From Octopus bimaculoides (taxonomy: Eukaryota), in assembly GCF_001194135.2 (NCBI RefSeq), contig NC_068984.1, positions 116,168,815-116,205,251 on the forward strand: a stretch of DNA of 36,437 nt. Reading direction: 5' to 3'. Every line of letters starts with the position of its first letter. Position 1 is the first letter of the stretch. A program made the position numbers and the translations under genes. The notes beneath the pieces are model-generated. The model was not told the DNA's origin and made no database searches. It was given only the letters and a program-made list of their open reading frames with translations. Shown here one piece after another: positions 1 through 10,342 of this stretch.

Positions 1-258
1 GCTGAAGTTCAAAAGATAATGCTCATGGGAACTGCCCATATCCTACGTAAAATACTGTCTATGTGATCTCAAATTTTAAAGCAAACACATAATTTTCTTA
101 TGGTTTCTTAAACATTCACTTGAACAAAACTGTACAAATCCAAATATATGGTACCCTAGGCATAACACCTACATGAACTTCTAACTTGTTGTCTCTTGAG
201 GTCTCTGGGTGAGACTTGGATCCAACTTGTACAAATGCAAAACAAAAGTCAAACATAA

Positions 259-260
<2 letters not shown>
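1..260 (+). mobile_element. 3' end of an RLE-type non-LTR retrotransposon (R4/Dong-like): last 21 codons of the ORF plus 3' UTR
   Basis: Frame +1, 1-66, reads AEVQKIMLMGTAHILRKILSM*, matching the C-terminal QKxxLxGTAxILRKxL motif of restriction-like-endonuclease LINEs. About 195 bp of UTR follows, then a (TAA)n tail, as expected for Dong-like elements that target TAA repeats. Confidence 0.75.

Positions 261-326
<66 letters not shown>
261..326 (+). repeat. (TAA)22 microsatellite, tail/target of the LINE
   Basis: 22 perfect TAA units counted. Source of the poly-Tyr in ORF 116..478. Confidence 0.98.
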
Positions 327-328
<2 letters not shown>

Positions 329-882
329 GCCCTGATGCCGTACTAGGCAGTAGCTCTCATTACTTCTAACCTTAAACTGACTGGAAGTGTTATCATGTAC
401 ATTGTTTTGTCTTGGTATAAAAGATTGGGTACAGCAAATATTTGCTTGTCCGTTGTTTGACCTTAGCCAGTTGAGCATGTCCCTTGGTGGCTGACGATAT
501 GTGCATCTCTGATCTTGAACAGAAGTAGAGGGAGACCATTATAGCCATGTGTTGAGAAGAATTTTGAGGGTTTGAATAATTCACCTTTGAAAACAGGTAT
601 TTTGTTTAATATCCTTGAACAACCCTTATTCAGGGACCTTTGGGCGAGATGGGCTATTTGACCTGAAGAAAATTCTAACTAGGCCCCCACTTGCCAGGTC
701 ATGCGCTGTTTATCTTGATATGAGACCACCATGTCGCGCGCATATTGTTGTGATGCATGTGCCTGGTGTACCCTTATCAGATGGGTAGTCATGATGAGTA
801 TATTGGGCTTCGTATATTTTATCCCAATGTCACTTTGATGACATGCACTGCTCTCTCACTCAATAATAATGATAATAATAAT
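327..882 (+). mobile_element. About 535-bp interspersed repeat bounded by (TAA)n on both sides (family F)
   Basis: Starts right after (TAA)22 and ends in AATAATAATGATAATAATAAT (862-882). A homologous fragment lies in the opposite orientation at 5238-5398, which shows it is dispersed. Confidence 0.7.
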
Positions 883-892
883 CTATTGGAAC

Positions 893-1076
893 GGGGCTTG
901 AAATTTTCAAGAAGCGGAGCCAGGCGATTGCATCTACCCTAGTACTCGACTGATACTTATGCTATCGACCCCAAAAGATGAAGAGCAAAGTCGACTACAG
1001 AGTCAGAACGTAAAGCTGGACGAGATGCCGTTGTGTATTTCGTACGGAGGGCTAATGATTTTGCAAGTCATCGCCT
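893..1076 (-). mobile_element. tRNA-headed SINE, family A, degenerate
   Basis: Aligns by eye to the well-preserved copy at 30915-31124 (TATCGACCCC..AAGATGAA..CAAAGTCGAC, TCAGAACGTAAAG, TCGCC end). Confidence 0.7.
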
Positions 1077-1077
1077 T

Positions 1078-1102
1078 ACCACCACCACCACCACCACCAC
1101 CA
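1078..1102 (+). repeat. (ACC)8 microsatellite
   Basis: Directly visible. Gives poly-Pro/poly-Gly in ORFs 959..1297 and 1003..1290. Confidence 0.95.
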
Positions 1103-1699
1103 GTACAGACTGACAAAAAACTTATCCAAAATATTATACTCTGCATTTTTGAGGCTATAGACCGGATGTTGTCGGTGAAATCCCAGTTGCTCACCCATTT
1201 ACTCAGGAGTGCTATCCCTCTCTGGTCTCTCTCGCGAGGAAGTTGGTGGTCGTCATCACTAACGTGGCTGCAGCGTGTCGTTGTGTGCAATTACTGACAG
1301 ATTTGTACACACTATTTGATGGTGCGATACGTCGTAGAGAGGATGGGTAATAGACCTACCTCCAAGTGAAATTATAACAATAAACTGTCAATTGAGAAAA
1401 GCTAAAATAAAATGCAATGAAAATGTTTCTATTGAGTTCTAGAAACAGGAGAACGTATCCGCGGCTGTCTCGTATTTTGACATTTTGGTGAGCGGAATAA
1501 ATTCTGGAAAGTTCGTAAAAATACAGCACAGAGTGAAAAGCGAAGATGTTTTGCTAAGTATGCAATATCGTCTCGAATAGTATATTATAAAAATGTAAGT
1601 ATATCTTTCATGCCAAAGGAAATATATTCAGTGTTACAAAAGAACTATAGATAACCTGTCAAGTAGTTTTGAAAACTCTATTTTGAAGAAATCCTCAGA

Positions 1700-1850
1700 T
1701 AACACTATTTTTGTTTCGACTTTTTCCTTTTCTGTGGTGTATTCTATGTAGAGTATTATAGCTAAGCCAACATTTATTGATACCATATTATTGATCGAAT
1801 TCCCTACAAGACGTCTGTCATCCGGATCTATTGCATGTGGTGCACACACA
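1700..1850 (-). mobile_element. Possible very degenerate mariner transposase fragment (second HTH region)
   Basis: Translation DDRRLVGNSINNMVSINVGLAIIL loosely matches the mariner DRRxTxxxIAxxVxISxGSxxxIL pattern. No other motif or TIR seen. Confidence 0.3.
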
Positions 1851-3679
1851 GTATATTTCTCATATGCGCTATTGCAGTTGCCTTAGTGCCCGGAAATTAA
1901 ATGTATTATCTCGTACCGTCTAACTGTTTAAAGCAACGTAGTAAAGACTAAGACAGAGTAATGAAGTTCATAAACATTAAAGATGACTGAGAATCACTGT
2001 TAGCACTAAAAACTTGGCCAAAGATTCAGTAATGTAGACAGTAATGACTACCAAGGAACATACGGAAAGCACGAATTTTTTCAAATAATGTCGTTATGTT
2101 AGAAAATAGTACCATATGATTTTCACAAGGTTTCTGTTTCTGGGCATAAATATCAGCAGCACTGAGAACAAACACGGAAGAAAAAAGTTGATATGATTTC
2201 GTTAATATTTAAAAAAGTTAATATAATTGATCTTGTAATGCAATGATCATTAGTGACCCAGGGTATAGCGTTATTGAATTGTTGATCATAATACAATAGC
2301 CATGGAGAGTTTTGTTGACAGCAAAGAAAATAAAATTTCCATAGATATTGATGTAACAATTATTTTATATGTCTGTCAATTTTGATTTGTTGGAAAGCGA
2401 AGAACTGTTTTGCTTCAGAGCTAGGTAAGTATTTACCTGAGCGTAAATGAAAAGAGTGAAGTTAGATTCTGAGCATAATGGAAAAGCTTGTCGAAAAGTA
2501 TATTTCTATATTATCGTTGTTGTTTTCTGTTTTCTTTCTTCCTTTTTTTTGTTTTTCTCTGTTGGTGTTGTTTGAAACTCAAGAATAGGTATCATTGTTT
2601 GTGAGTGGATGACATAGAAAATGATAAATGTTAAAGAGGGCGGAATGTAGAAAGTGACAACACAACAACAATAACAATAACGACAAGAACAAGAACAAGA
2701 ACAACAACAATGATAATAATACAAAGTAAAAAGAAAGAATGAAACGTGGGTAAGAGTAAAAGGGAGAAGAAAAAGGAATTGGGAACGAGTACGAAGCATT
2801 TCAAGAGTAATAGAAAGAAATAAGGGAAACGAAAACACTTAGAGAAGTAAAAATACCAAATGTCAAAAAAAAAAAGAACTAAAGGAAAAAATATAAACAT
2901 AGAAAATAAAGAATATAAAGGGAGAAGCGGAGGATTGGAGAAATATTGTTTGTTTACCACCATCTTGACTGCGAATGTCACTTTTATTGAAATATTTTGC
3001 AGTTTATTCAAAGCGACAGCTGTGAAATTTGGAAAACAATGGAGAAATCATTTGGCTGAAGCAGTTTTGTAGGCACATTGACGGAACACAGGTGACGTTT
3101 GGATAACCTCAGACAATGATTATGGGTCATCATTAATTTCATTAATTTGCGCTACGTGAGATATAGTTAATGAATATTTGGTCATAGACAGAAGACAAAA
3201 GGCTAACTACAGGTATATGGCGTTGAAGCCATCCTTATTGCTATTAGAAATCATTACTAATTCTCAGTTATGATGTTGCATAATTGTATCAGACGTCAAA
3301 GATTGCTGCTACAACGCTTTCTCCAGACTCCTTCCGAGCTGTGCAGATCGATATTATTTAGCCCCTGGCAGGAAGCAAAATTATTAGAGAATGCTTAATG
3401 AGACTGTAAACATAAGAAATCAAAAGCAGATCAAGTTCTCAAGCTTGATGGAGTGTTGGTTTCCCTGTAACGCGTTTGCAGTAATACCATCCAAGAATTC
3501 ATTATTTGTTACATGATATGGTGAAATTCAAATGAGCGGAAATAAATTTCGACGCATGTAATTTATATTATGCTAGATTTATTTATTTAGGTCCTTAATA
3601 GTTTATAAATTCTAATTTTATTGAAATTCACCAAACGAAAAAAAAAACAAAAAAAAAACGAAACCACGGCGTAGTCACT

Positions 3680-3870
3680 CGTTCTGTTGGAAATAGCGTC
3701 GAAAGGTTTTTTCAAATTAGACTAAAATGTCTGAAGGGATAGAGGATATATTGGATAGTGTAATCCTACATAAAACATCGTAAATATAATTGCTGTGGCT
3801 AGAACACTTTTGATCATAGTTCTGTATGATCAGTAGTGGAATCAGGCTTAATAAACGGCAATTATATGTC
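3680..3870 (+). mobile_element. Degenerate interspersed repeat (family E)
   Basis: GGCTAGAACACTTTTGATCATAGTTCT resembles GGAATACTTCCGATCATTAGTCT at about 22725-22750. Also resembles an abundant octopus repeat I recall. Confidence 0.4.
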
Positions 3871-4149
3871 GAAGGCTGTTTGTTGATATAATGATAGAGT
3901 CAATATATGTCGATATATTTTGATTTATTGACATTCATCACATCATTTTAGATAAACATCATGTCAGCATCATGTACACAGATTTTAACGAGCTAGTGGA
4001 AATAATTGCTTTTCAAAATAGAATAAAAATAAAGAGAATGGGAAACAAAATAAATAATAGCTACTCCCACCCAAAACTAAATCATTGAAATATGTTGCAG
4101 ATTTAAGTAAAAATTTAATTAAATATTACCATTACCATTGTTATTTGTT

Positions 4150-4160
4150 TAATAATAATG

Positions 4161-4208
<48 letters not shown>

Positions 4209-4217
4209 GTAATAATA
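4150..4217 (+). repeat. (TAA)n microsatellite, slightly imperfect
   Basis: Directly visible. Gives the poly-Ile ORF 4115..4303. Confidence 0.95.
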
Positions 4218-4434
4218 TAGCCCCGGTCTCTATTTCTGTTAATATGTAAGTATACACATATACACACACACGGATTTATGGAAATTATGGTAGAAAAAGA
4301 CAAAAATCAAGGAAATGTGTAATTAATTTTCAAATACAACTTGTGTATTTATTAATTTATCATTTGCTGTTAAATAAGTGTCAAAGCCTGAGTTAATTTC
4401 TTCTCTTTGATTTATATATCATTCAAGTAATTCA

Positions 4435-4580
4435 ATATAACGTTCTCTTGATTAACATATCTTTCAAAATAATTAAAATAATTCGATATAATGTACTCCT
4501 CACATTAGTTGATTGTGAAATCTCAGATTTCAAATAAGATGTCGAAAATTCACACGTAAGATCCGATGGTGTGATAAAAT
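4435..4580 (-). mobile_element. Possible Tc1/mariner transposase C-terminal remnant
   Basis: Translation TPSDLTCEFSTSYLKSEI resembles the SPDLTPCDFxLWGYLKSxV motif after the third catalytic Asp of Tc1/mariner transposases. Confidence 0.35.
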
Positions 4581-4795
4581 GTTTAGAGATGAATGATATT
4601 AAATAAACAAACCACTGAAGACTAAACAGTTGAATAATCATTTCTTCATTATTTCTCCCCCACCCCCACAAAGTGTCTTATATCGTTGTCAGAATCAGTG
4701 TTACAATTTTTTAAATTTAATTATCAAATAAGTTGTTAAATCATTTTATCACAGGAAACGACCTAATTGTTTACAATATTACTAAATATTAATTG

Positions 4796-4996
4796 GGCGG
4801 TGAGCTGTCACACTGGGAAAATTGCTTAGCGGCATTTCGTCCGTCTTTAAGTTCTGAGTTCAAATTCCGCCGTGATCAGTTTTGCTTTTCATCCTTCGGG
4901 TTCCATAGAAGAAAGTACCAGTGGCATACTGGGGTAGATTTCATCGACTTAACTCTTTTCCAGAACTTGCTGGACTTGTGCCAAAACTTGAAACCA
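4796..4996 (+). mobile_element. tRNA-headed SINE, family A
   Basis: GGCGGTGAGCTG head, B-box GAGTTCAAATTCC, central TTTTCATCCTTCGGG..AAGTACCAG. Reverse-complement homolog of 30915-31124. Confidence 0.85.
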
Positions 4997-5237
4997 ACAT
5001 TAGTAGATATTAAGACAACTCTCAGGTTATATAACAATGCAACAGTTTCTGAATTAATGATATCGCATTTCAACTCCAGATTGCGAGGGAACTAATAATG
5101 ATCTGTGTTGATAAATAACACAGTGCTACACGATTTTTTGTCCTCAGGTAGCAACTGCGATTTCCTATTTGCCTACTCCATACAAAGTATGAAAAATATT
5201 TCCTTCACACTTTACTTTTGTTACATTTCTTCAAACA

Positions 5238-5398
5238 CCAAAGAATCCCTCTCAACACATGACTATGATGCTCCCCTATTACTTCTCCTCATGACCATCG
5301 ATGTACATATTTTCAGTCAATAAGGGACATGTTGAAGTGGTTAAAGTCAATGAAATGACAAACAAATCTGTCGTATTGACCAGAATATTTGTTATAAC
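5238..5398 (-). mobile_element. Internal fragment of family F
   Basis: Reverse complement aligns to about 425-570 (CTCAACACATG, TACTTCT, AAGGGACATG, AATATTTG). Carries 19 bp (CTGGTCAATACGACAGATT on the minus strand) missing from the first copy. Confidence 0.8.
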
Positions 5399-5585
5399 GA
5401 TATTTCTGCTTCAACTACTCAGCATTGAATATGTTTGAAATATAATGGCAAATTGGTCAGTTTCAAAACATTGATGTCTAGGTGACAAAAGAAAATTTTT
5501 TAAGGGAACGGTGGTCATTTCCTTCAATTTCTAGATAGAAAACAAATAAGAAATAACACTTACTGACCAAAAACAAAATATATGT

Positions 5586-5661
5586 GGCAGTTTAGCTTAA
5601 CTGGTCGAGAGCACCGCGACGCGTAATCACGGAGGTGTGAGTTCGAGTCTCATAGCTGACC
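5586..5661 (+). tRNA. tRNA-like gene, anticodon CGT (Thr); atypical, possibly a pseudogene
   Basis: Cloverleaf: acceptor GGCAGTT/AGCTGAC (one G-A mismatch), D-stem GCTT/GAGC, anticodon stem CCGCGA/TCACGG (6 positions, one C-A mismatch), loop CG-CGT-AA, T-arm GTGAG-TTCGAGT-CTCAT. A and B boxes present, T6 run at 5670-5675. Confidence 0.7.
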
Positions 5662-5669
5662 GCCTTCGC

Positions 5670-5675
5670 TTTTTT
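5670..5675 (+). terminator. Oligo-T RNA polymerase III terminator
   Basis: TTTTTT begins 9 nt downstream of the end of the tRNA-like sequence. Confidence 0.6.
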
Positions 5676-6179
5676 CTGCTAAATAGGGGTAGTTTATCTT
5701 GTTCAGGCTATATTATTAGCATTATCCTGCGTTTGAGAATTTAAAATCACTTCTTCAACTTTCTAAAGCATCTCAACGCTTCTAAAAGCAAACTTCGTTT
5801 GTTTGTTTACGTTCATCGTAATTTGAATTTAACATAAATAAATAGATAAATATTTTGTTGTACACTCTAATAATTTAACGCTTTGTAAAGTTTCCTTGGT
5901 GTTGATTGTCAACAAATGCTTCAGATTACGAACAAATCTTTGAGAGTCTGTCTTGGTTTTTCTTCATATACTCAAGAGGGTTAAGGCAATGCTCACGACG
6001 CATTGCAGTACTTCCGAGACATGTAGGAGTGAATGAAGGTGGGAGGAAGCAAGGTAAGATATCCTTCAACTGGAAACCTGGCCCGAATGCCTGCAACAAA
6101 GTGGATTCTGTTAAAGGTGACCAAGAGGCCAGGTTGTGATATTAGACCGCGCAGCGGTAAAATATCACCCAGTAGATCA

Positions 6180-6370
6180 TAGCTCGATTTGAAATCGGAA
6201 AACAAAGAGACGGAACAAATACTGCAAAGAATCTGGTGTGACATACTTATAGTTCTAAAAATGCACTATCGACCCCGGTAAAATGAAGGAAATGGTTGAT
6301 ATTGATGGGATTTGAAAGAGAACGCAGAGTGTTGGAACAAAATCTGTGAATGGCCCTGATATTCGCAGAA
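6180..6370 (-). mobile_element. Two abutting partial family A SINE copies, degenerate
   Basis: GATTTGAAATCGGAAAACAAAGAG..AAATACTGCAAAG, then TATCGACCCCGGTAAAATGAAGG..GATTTGAAAGAGAACG. Confidence 0.5.
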
Positions 6371-6523
6371 TTGAGATGATTATGAGTGGCAAGTTTTTAA
6401 CTGTTGACTATCAGTATGATAATCACAGGGTAAGAACATTGGATATAAAAGGTGTTGTACATTAAATTGCATATTTTAAGGGATTGACTAGGAATCATAG
6501 AAACTTTATCAATTATCACGGTT

Positions 6524-6542
6524 CACACACACACACACACAC

Positions 6543-6572
<30 letters not shown>
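6524..6572 (+). repeat. (CA)n microsatellite
   Basis: Directly visible. Confidence 0.95.
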
Positions 6573-6573
<1 letters not shown>

Positions 6574-6589
6574 AGCACACATATCTATA

Positions 6590-6936
6590 TATATTTTATC
6601 ATCATCTGTTTCACTCATTATACAGTGGCCATCCTTGTAGAACTTATTTTGTAAGCCAGATACTGATATCGGTGCGCGTTTATAGAATCGCTAATTTATG
6701 TAAATACATCAACACTGGTTGTCAAGCCGTAGTGGGGGGACAAATACAGACACAAAGACACAGAAATAGATACATATACGACAGACTTCTTTCAGCTTCT
6801 GTCTTCCAAATCCACTCAGAATGCTTTAGTCTGCCCGAGGCTATAATAGAAGACACTTGCCGAAGGTCCCACGCAGTGGAACTGAATTCAGAACTATGTG
6901 GTTGAGAAGCAAGCTTTATACTTCACAGCTACGCCT
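6590..6936 (-). mobile_element. tRNA-headed CORE-like SINE, family B, near full length
   Basis: AGAAGACACTTGCCGAAGGTCCCACGCAGTGG and GGTTGTCAAGCC blocks shared with 35640-36028 and with the reverse complement of 36286-36405. Confidence 0.8.
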
Positions 6937-6997
6937 ATCCCCATATCCATACCATGTGCCTATCAATACATAATGTATACAATATATATATATATAC

Positions 6998-7028
<31 letters not shown>

Positions 7029-7495
7029 NNNNNNNNNNNNNNNNNNNNNNNNNNNNNNNNNNNNNNNNNNNNNNNNNNNNNNNNNNNNNNNNNNNNNNNN
7101 NNNNNNNNNNNNNNNNNNNNNNNNNNNNNNNNNNNNNNNNNNNNNNNNNNNNNNNNNNNNNNNNNNNNNNNNNNNNNNNNNNNNNNNNNNNNNNNNNNNN
7201 NNNNNNNNNNNNNNNNNNNNNNNNNNNNNNNNNNNNNNNNNNNNNNNNNNNNNNNNNNNNNNNNNNNNNNNNNNNNNNNNNNNNNNNNNNNNNNNNNNNN
7301 NNNNNNNNNNNNNNNNNNNNNNNNNNNNNNNNNNNNNNNNNNNNNNNNNNNNNNNNNNNNNNNNNNNNNNNNNNNNNNNNNNNNNNNNNNNNNNNNNNNN
7401 NNNNNNNNNNNNNNNNNNNNNNNNNNNNNNNNNNNNNNNNNNNNNNNNNNNNNNNNNNNNNNNNNNNNNNNNNNNNNNNNNNNNNNNNNNNNNNN
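7029..7495. other. Assembly gap (467 N)
   Basis: N run. Other gaps: 11521-12406, 14377-15334, 16910-16919, 18067-18480, 24189-25171, 27528-27650, 29522-29729, 31739-32119, 35184-35543. Confidence 1.
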
Positions 7496-7500
7496 TATAT

Positions 7501-7680
7501 AGGGAGAATTCACAAAAAAAACAAAAATACAACAACAAAAGACGAAGACCGGTGGTGTAGAAAACGAACAGATGTATTACTATAACGCTCGGGAATTAAA
7601 AAAAGTCTTTAACGTTTCGAGCCTACGCTCTTCCACAGAAAGGAACACAGAAAGAAACAAGGAGAGAAATAAGCAGAGAA
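7501..7680 (-). mobile_element. Penelope-like element terminal (pseudo-LTR) remnant with hammerhead-like motif
   Basis: Minus strand has CTTTCTGTGGAAGAGCGTAGGCTCGAAACGTTAAAG, the CGAAACG-type motif typical of PLE termini, and runs into a (TA)n tract at the gap. Confidence 0.65.
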
Positions 7681-8199
7681 AAATATATATATATATATAT
7701 GCGTGTGTATGTGTGTGTGTGCGTGCGTGTGCATGGTGTATATGCATTAAAAAAATTCGCAACAACTGGAGGAGATTAGTTTATTGAAATCAGTGAATTT
7801 AGCTAAGAATTATGCTATTTTTGTTGTTGCTTTTGAATTTGAAGTTGGACTCTGATCGACTAGATCCATGCTCAAAAGAATCTCAGCTATGACCACCCTG
7901 AAACGTTAAATCTCGAATTACATTACATGATGTCATGTTTTAATTTTTAAGATGATGGAGTGTAATTTGAGGTTGGTTTTTCGTTCTTTTTCGCGAAAAT
8001 TGTTGAGTGACAACGTCGATACTCTCCCATTGGTTCAATAAAACAAGAACGTTATGAGTTCATTAGCGTATTTCATTAAATGTATAATTAAAATTCTATG
8101 ATTCCAAATTGTGAGATGAAATTTTCTCTTATCACGTAAATGATCAAACATCGTCTGCTCTGCCAGAGACCTTCATCTGTAAGATGAAAAATGAATATA

Positions 8200-8553
8200 C
8201 TGTCCGAATAAGAGCGTTATCAATACTGAACCGTCTGAATGAAAATCGACTTCCATTTTTCTATGATGAATGGCTATGACCAAAATGTTGGCTTTTCTTT
8301 CTTCTTTTTCATTTCAAAGAGATAGCTTCTGGAAACACCAATATCAAATAAGCAGCAATTGTGATGACGATGGAGAAGATAAAATGTCTTTGTAGAAATT
8401 GATTATTTTGCTATCATCCCAAACCAAAATTGTGTTCATTAATATGTCATTTCATAGAATCTTAGTTTAGTTGGTAATCAATTATAAATTTATAAGGCGG
8501 GTGTAAATGTCTATGAATAAAGAAACGTATTAATAATGTTTTCATTCGGACAG
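8200..8553. mobile_element. 354-bp Tc1/mariner-type MITE
   Basis: 27-bp terminal inverted repeats 8200-8226 and 8527-8553 (CTGTCCGAATAAGAGCGTTATCAATAC vs CTGTCCGAATGAAAACATTATTAATAC, 22/27 identical, all differences transitions). TA on both sides (8198-8199, 8554-8555). No coding capacity. Confidence 0.8.
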
Positions 8554-9087
8554 TATGATAATTTTTCAACTTTCAGATTGAAATTATAATATAAGTCTCT
8601 AACACAACAAGCGAAATTTGAGAATAGACATTTATAAGAAAGAATTTTGTATTACAAACTGGAATCAGAGAATTATAATTAGACATATACTGAAAGATGC
8701 CAGGATAATTAATTGAGTATTAGATAGGTAATTATAAAGCATCACGTATATATCAAATATGGTATAGAAGGTTTTGTTTTAGACTTTTATTTATCGATTA
8801 ATCACTGACGAATTTATTAATTCCAAGTTTAAAATGTTGTTTTAATACTTTTAAAACTTTTTAATTAGGGAACAAAGTTTAAATTGTATAGGAATCGTTA
8901 GAAAAATATTGTCGATGTAAAGTTTCACTCGATTTAAAACCCAGTAGCAATCACGCAATTTGTTAAAGTGGCATCTGAATATTGTCCTCGGGCCAATGTT
9001 TATAGTTGAGCAAATACATCAAAAACAGTGATAATTGAATCGGTTGCTATGTAATAGCTGTTTCTAATTTAGGTAGAAGATCACGAC

Positions 9088-9248
9088 ATTTGAGGAGAAA
9101 TGATTAGTCGCTCCTTTCAACCCCTGACCCCGTAAGGAGGAAAGTTCAAGTCGAAATCAGTGGAATTTGAAATCAGAATCTAAAGACATGGAAGAAATAC
9201 CGCATTATTTTTTTTCCGCGGTTCGAACAATTCTACGAGCTTGCCGCC
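9088..9248 (-). mobile_element. Family A SINE, degenerate
   Basis: GGAATTTGAAATCAGAATCTAAAGAC..GAAATACCGC..GAGCTTGCCGCC matches family A. Confidence 0.7.
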
Positions 9249-10342
9249 CGCATCACAATATCATATCGGTATTTATTTTATCGATGTCTAAGAGACAAAT
9301 AATTGACTTAACTCCCTAGAATTGTAACGCAGAATGTAGAGACTATAATTGATTGTGCAGTCAATTTTGTTTTATATTTTATAATCTCTGCCGATATGTC
9401 CTTCCAATTCTGGTGGTTAATTCGGTAAAAGAGCTTAGTTCACGAATGACTTGTGTGAACGAAATTTTCAGCCAAAACATAATTTTAGATTATAATAAAT
9501 TCACTGAACGAGATTGGCAGTTGGTCGAAAATATACCAGGGTTTGTTGTTCCCTACTGAAAATATTTGAAAATCTTTTGTTACCCAAATCAACCAAAGGG
9601 AAAAAAAGCCGTATATAGCATGAAAAAGGAAAATCGATCTTAAATATAAACACACCTTGTTTTCTTAATCATTTTCTCCATTCTAATTTTGATTAAAAAA
9701 AAAAAGATAACGGAAAGAAAACGTATTCCACAGAGAAAATTTTATTTGCATGAAATAGATGAGAAAACAATCTAAAATAGTTTTGAGCAAATAAATTTAT
9801 ATCAGATTAAATTCTTACTGCGCTTTTGTATGTTTTCATCACGGATTTTTTGTCACAGAATTGAACAAAAAAGCTAATTCAACAACGAATAAAAAAATCT
9901 TTATATTTTTAAACAAGTTTAGTGAAGAAATCTATTATATTATGTATAATTAATATATTTTTAAATGGGTGGGGGATTTAAGAAGAGAAATTGGAACATT
10001 TCCTCATTAAGTTGAAAATTAAAGAAACTGAAGTAGAAAGTCTAATTAACAAGATTTCTCGAACTAAGTGTTAATTAAAAATCAATAGTTTAATGAGTGC
10101 TTCGTTTTTCTCAGTCATCACAAATGAAGATAAAAAGACTATCCACCAACAAAATGCTCTGGTTCTCATTGTAAGGTAGCGTTTGAGTGAATGTTTGTGT
10201 TTCATATCCTAATACAAATCAAATTATAGAAAAAATTTCTTTATCAGTGACACAAATAATCAGTGTTAGACTATAATGTTACAATGTATTCTACTACGTA
10301 GAGATATTCAATAAAGTTTCATGTGCATGAATTAAAATTCAC

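Noticed and set aside
491-700. CTGACGA (491) and CTGAAGA (663) as hammerhead cores; also CTGAAGA near 23735
   Set aside because: None is followed by a closable stem II plus GAAA with a matching stem I.
959-1297. ORFs with poly-Pro or poly-Gly
   Set aside because: They run through a SINE and an (ACC)8 microsatellite and have no recognisable domain.
2990-3560. Faint resemblance to a mariner 5' end and transposase (ATGGAGAAA, DRR, GATGGAGTGTTGG)
   Set aside because: No frame gives a continuous motif and no TIR was found. Too weak to call by eye.
5900-6150. GC-richer segment that may be a LINE 5' region; ORFs 5906..6139 and 5993..6244
   Set aside because: No second copy in the window and no protein motif, so it cannot be classified without a database.
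10100-10185. Exon-like segment after GTTTTTCTCAG ending at GTAAGG/GTAGCG
   Set aside because: Good acceptor, but the short peptides are unrecognisable and have no partner exons. Expected by chance.
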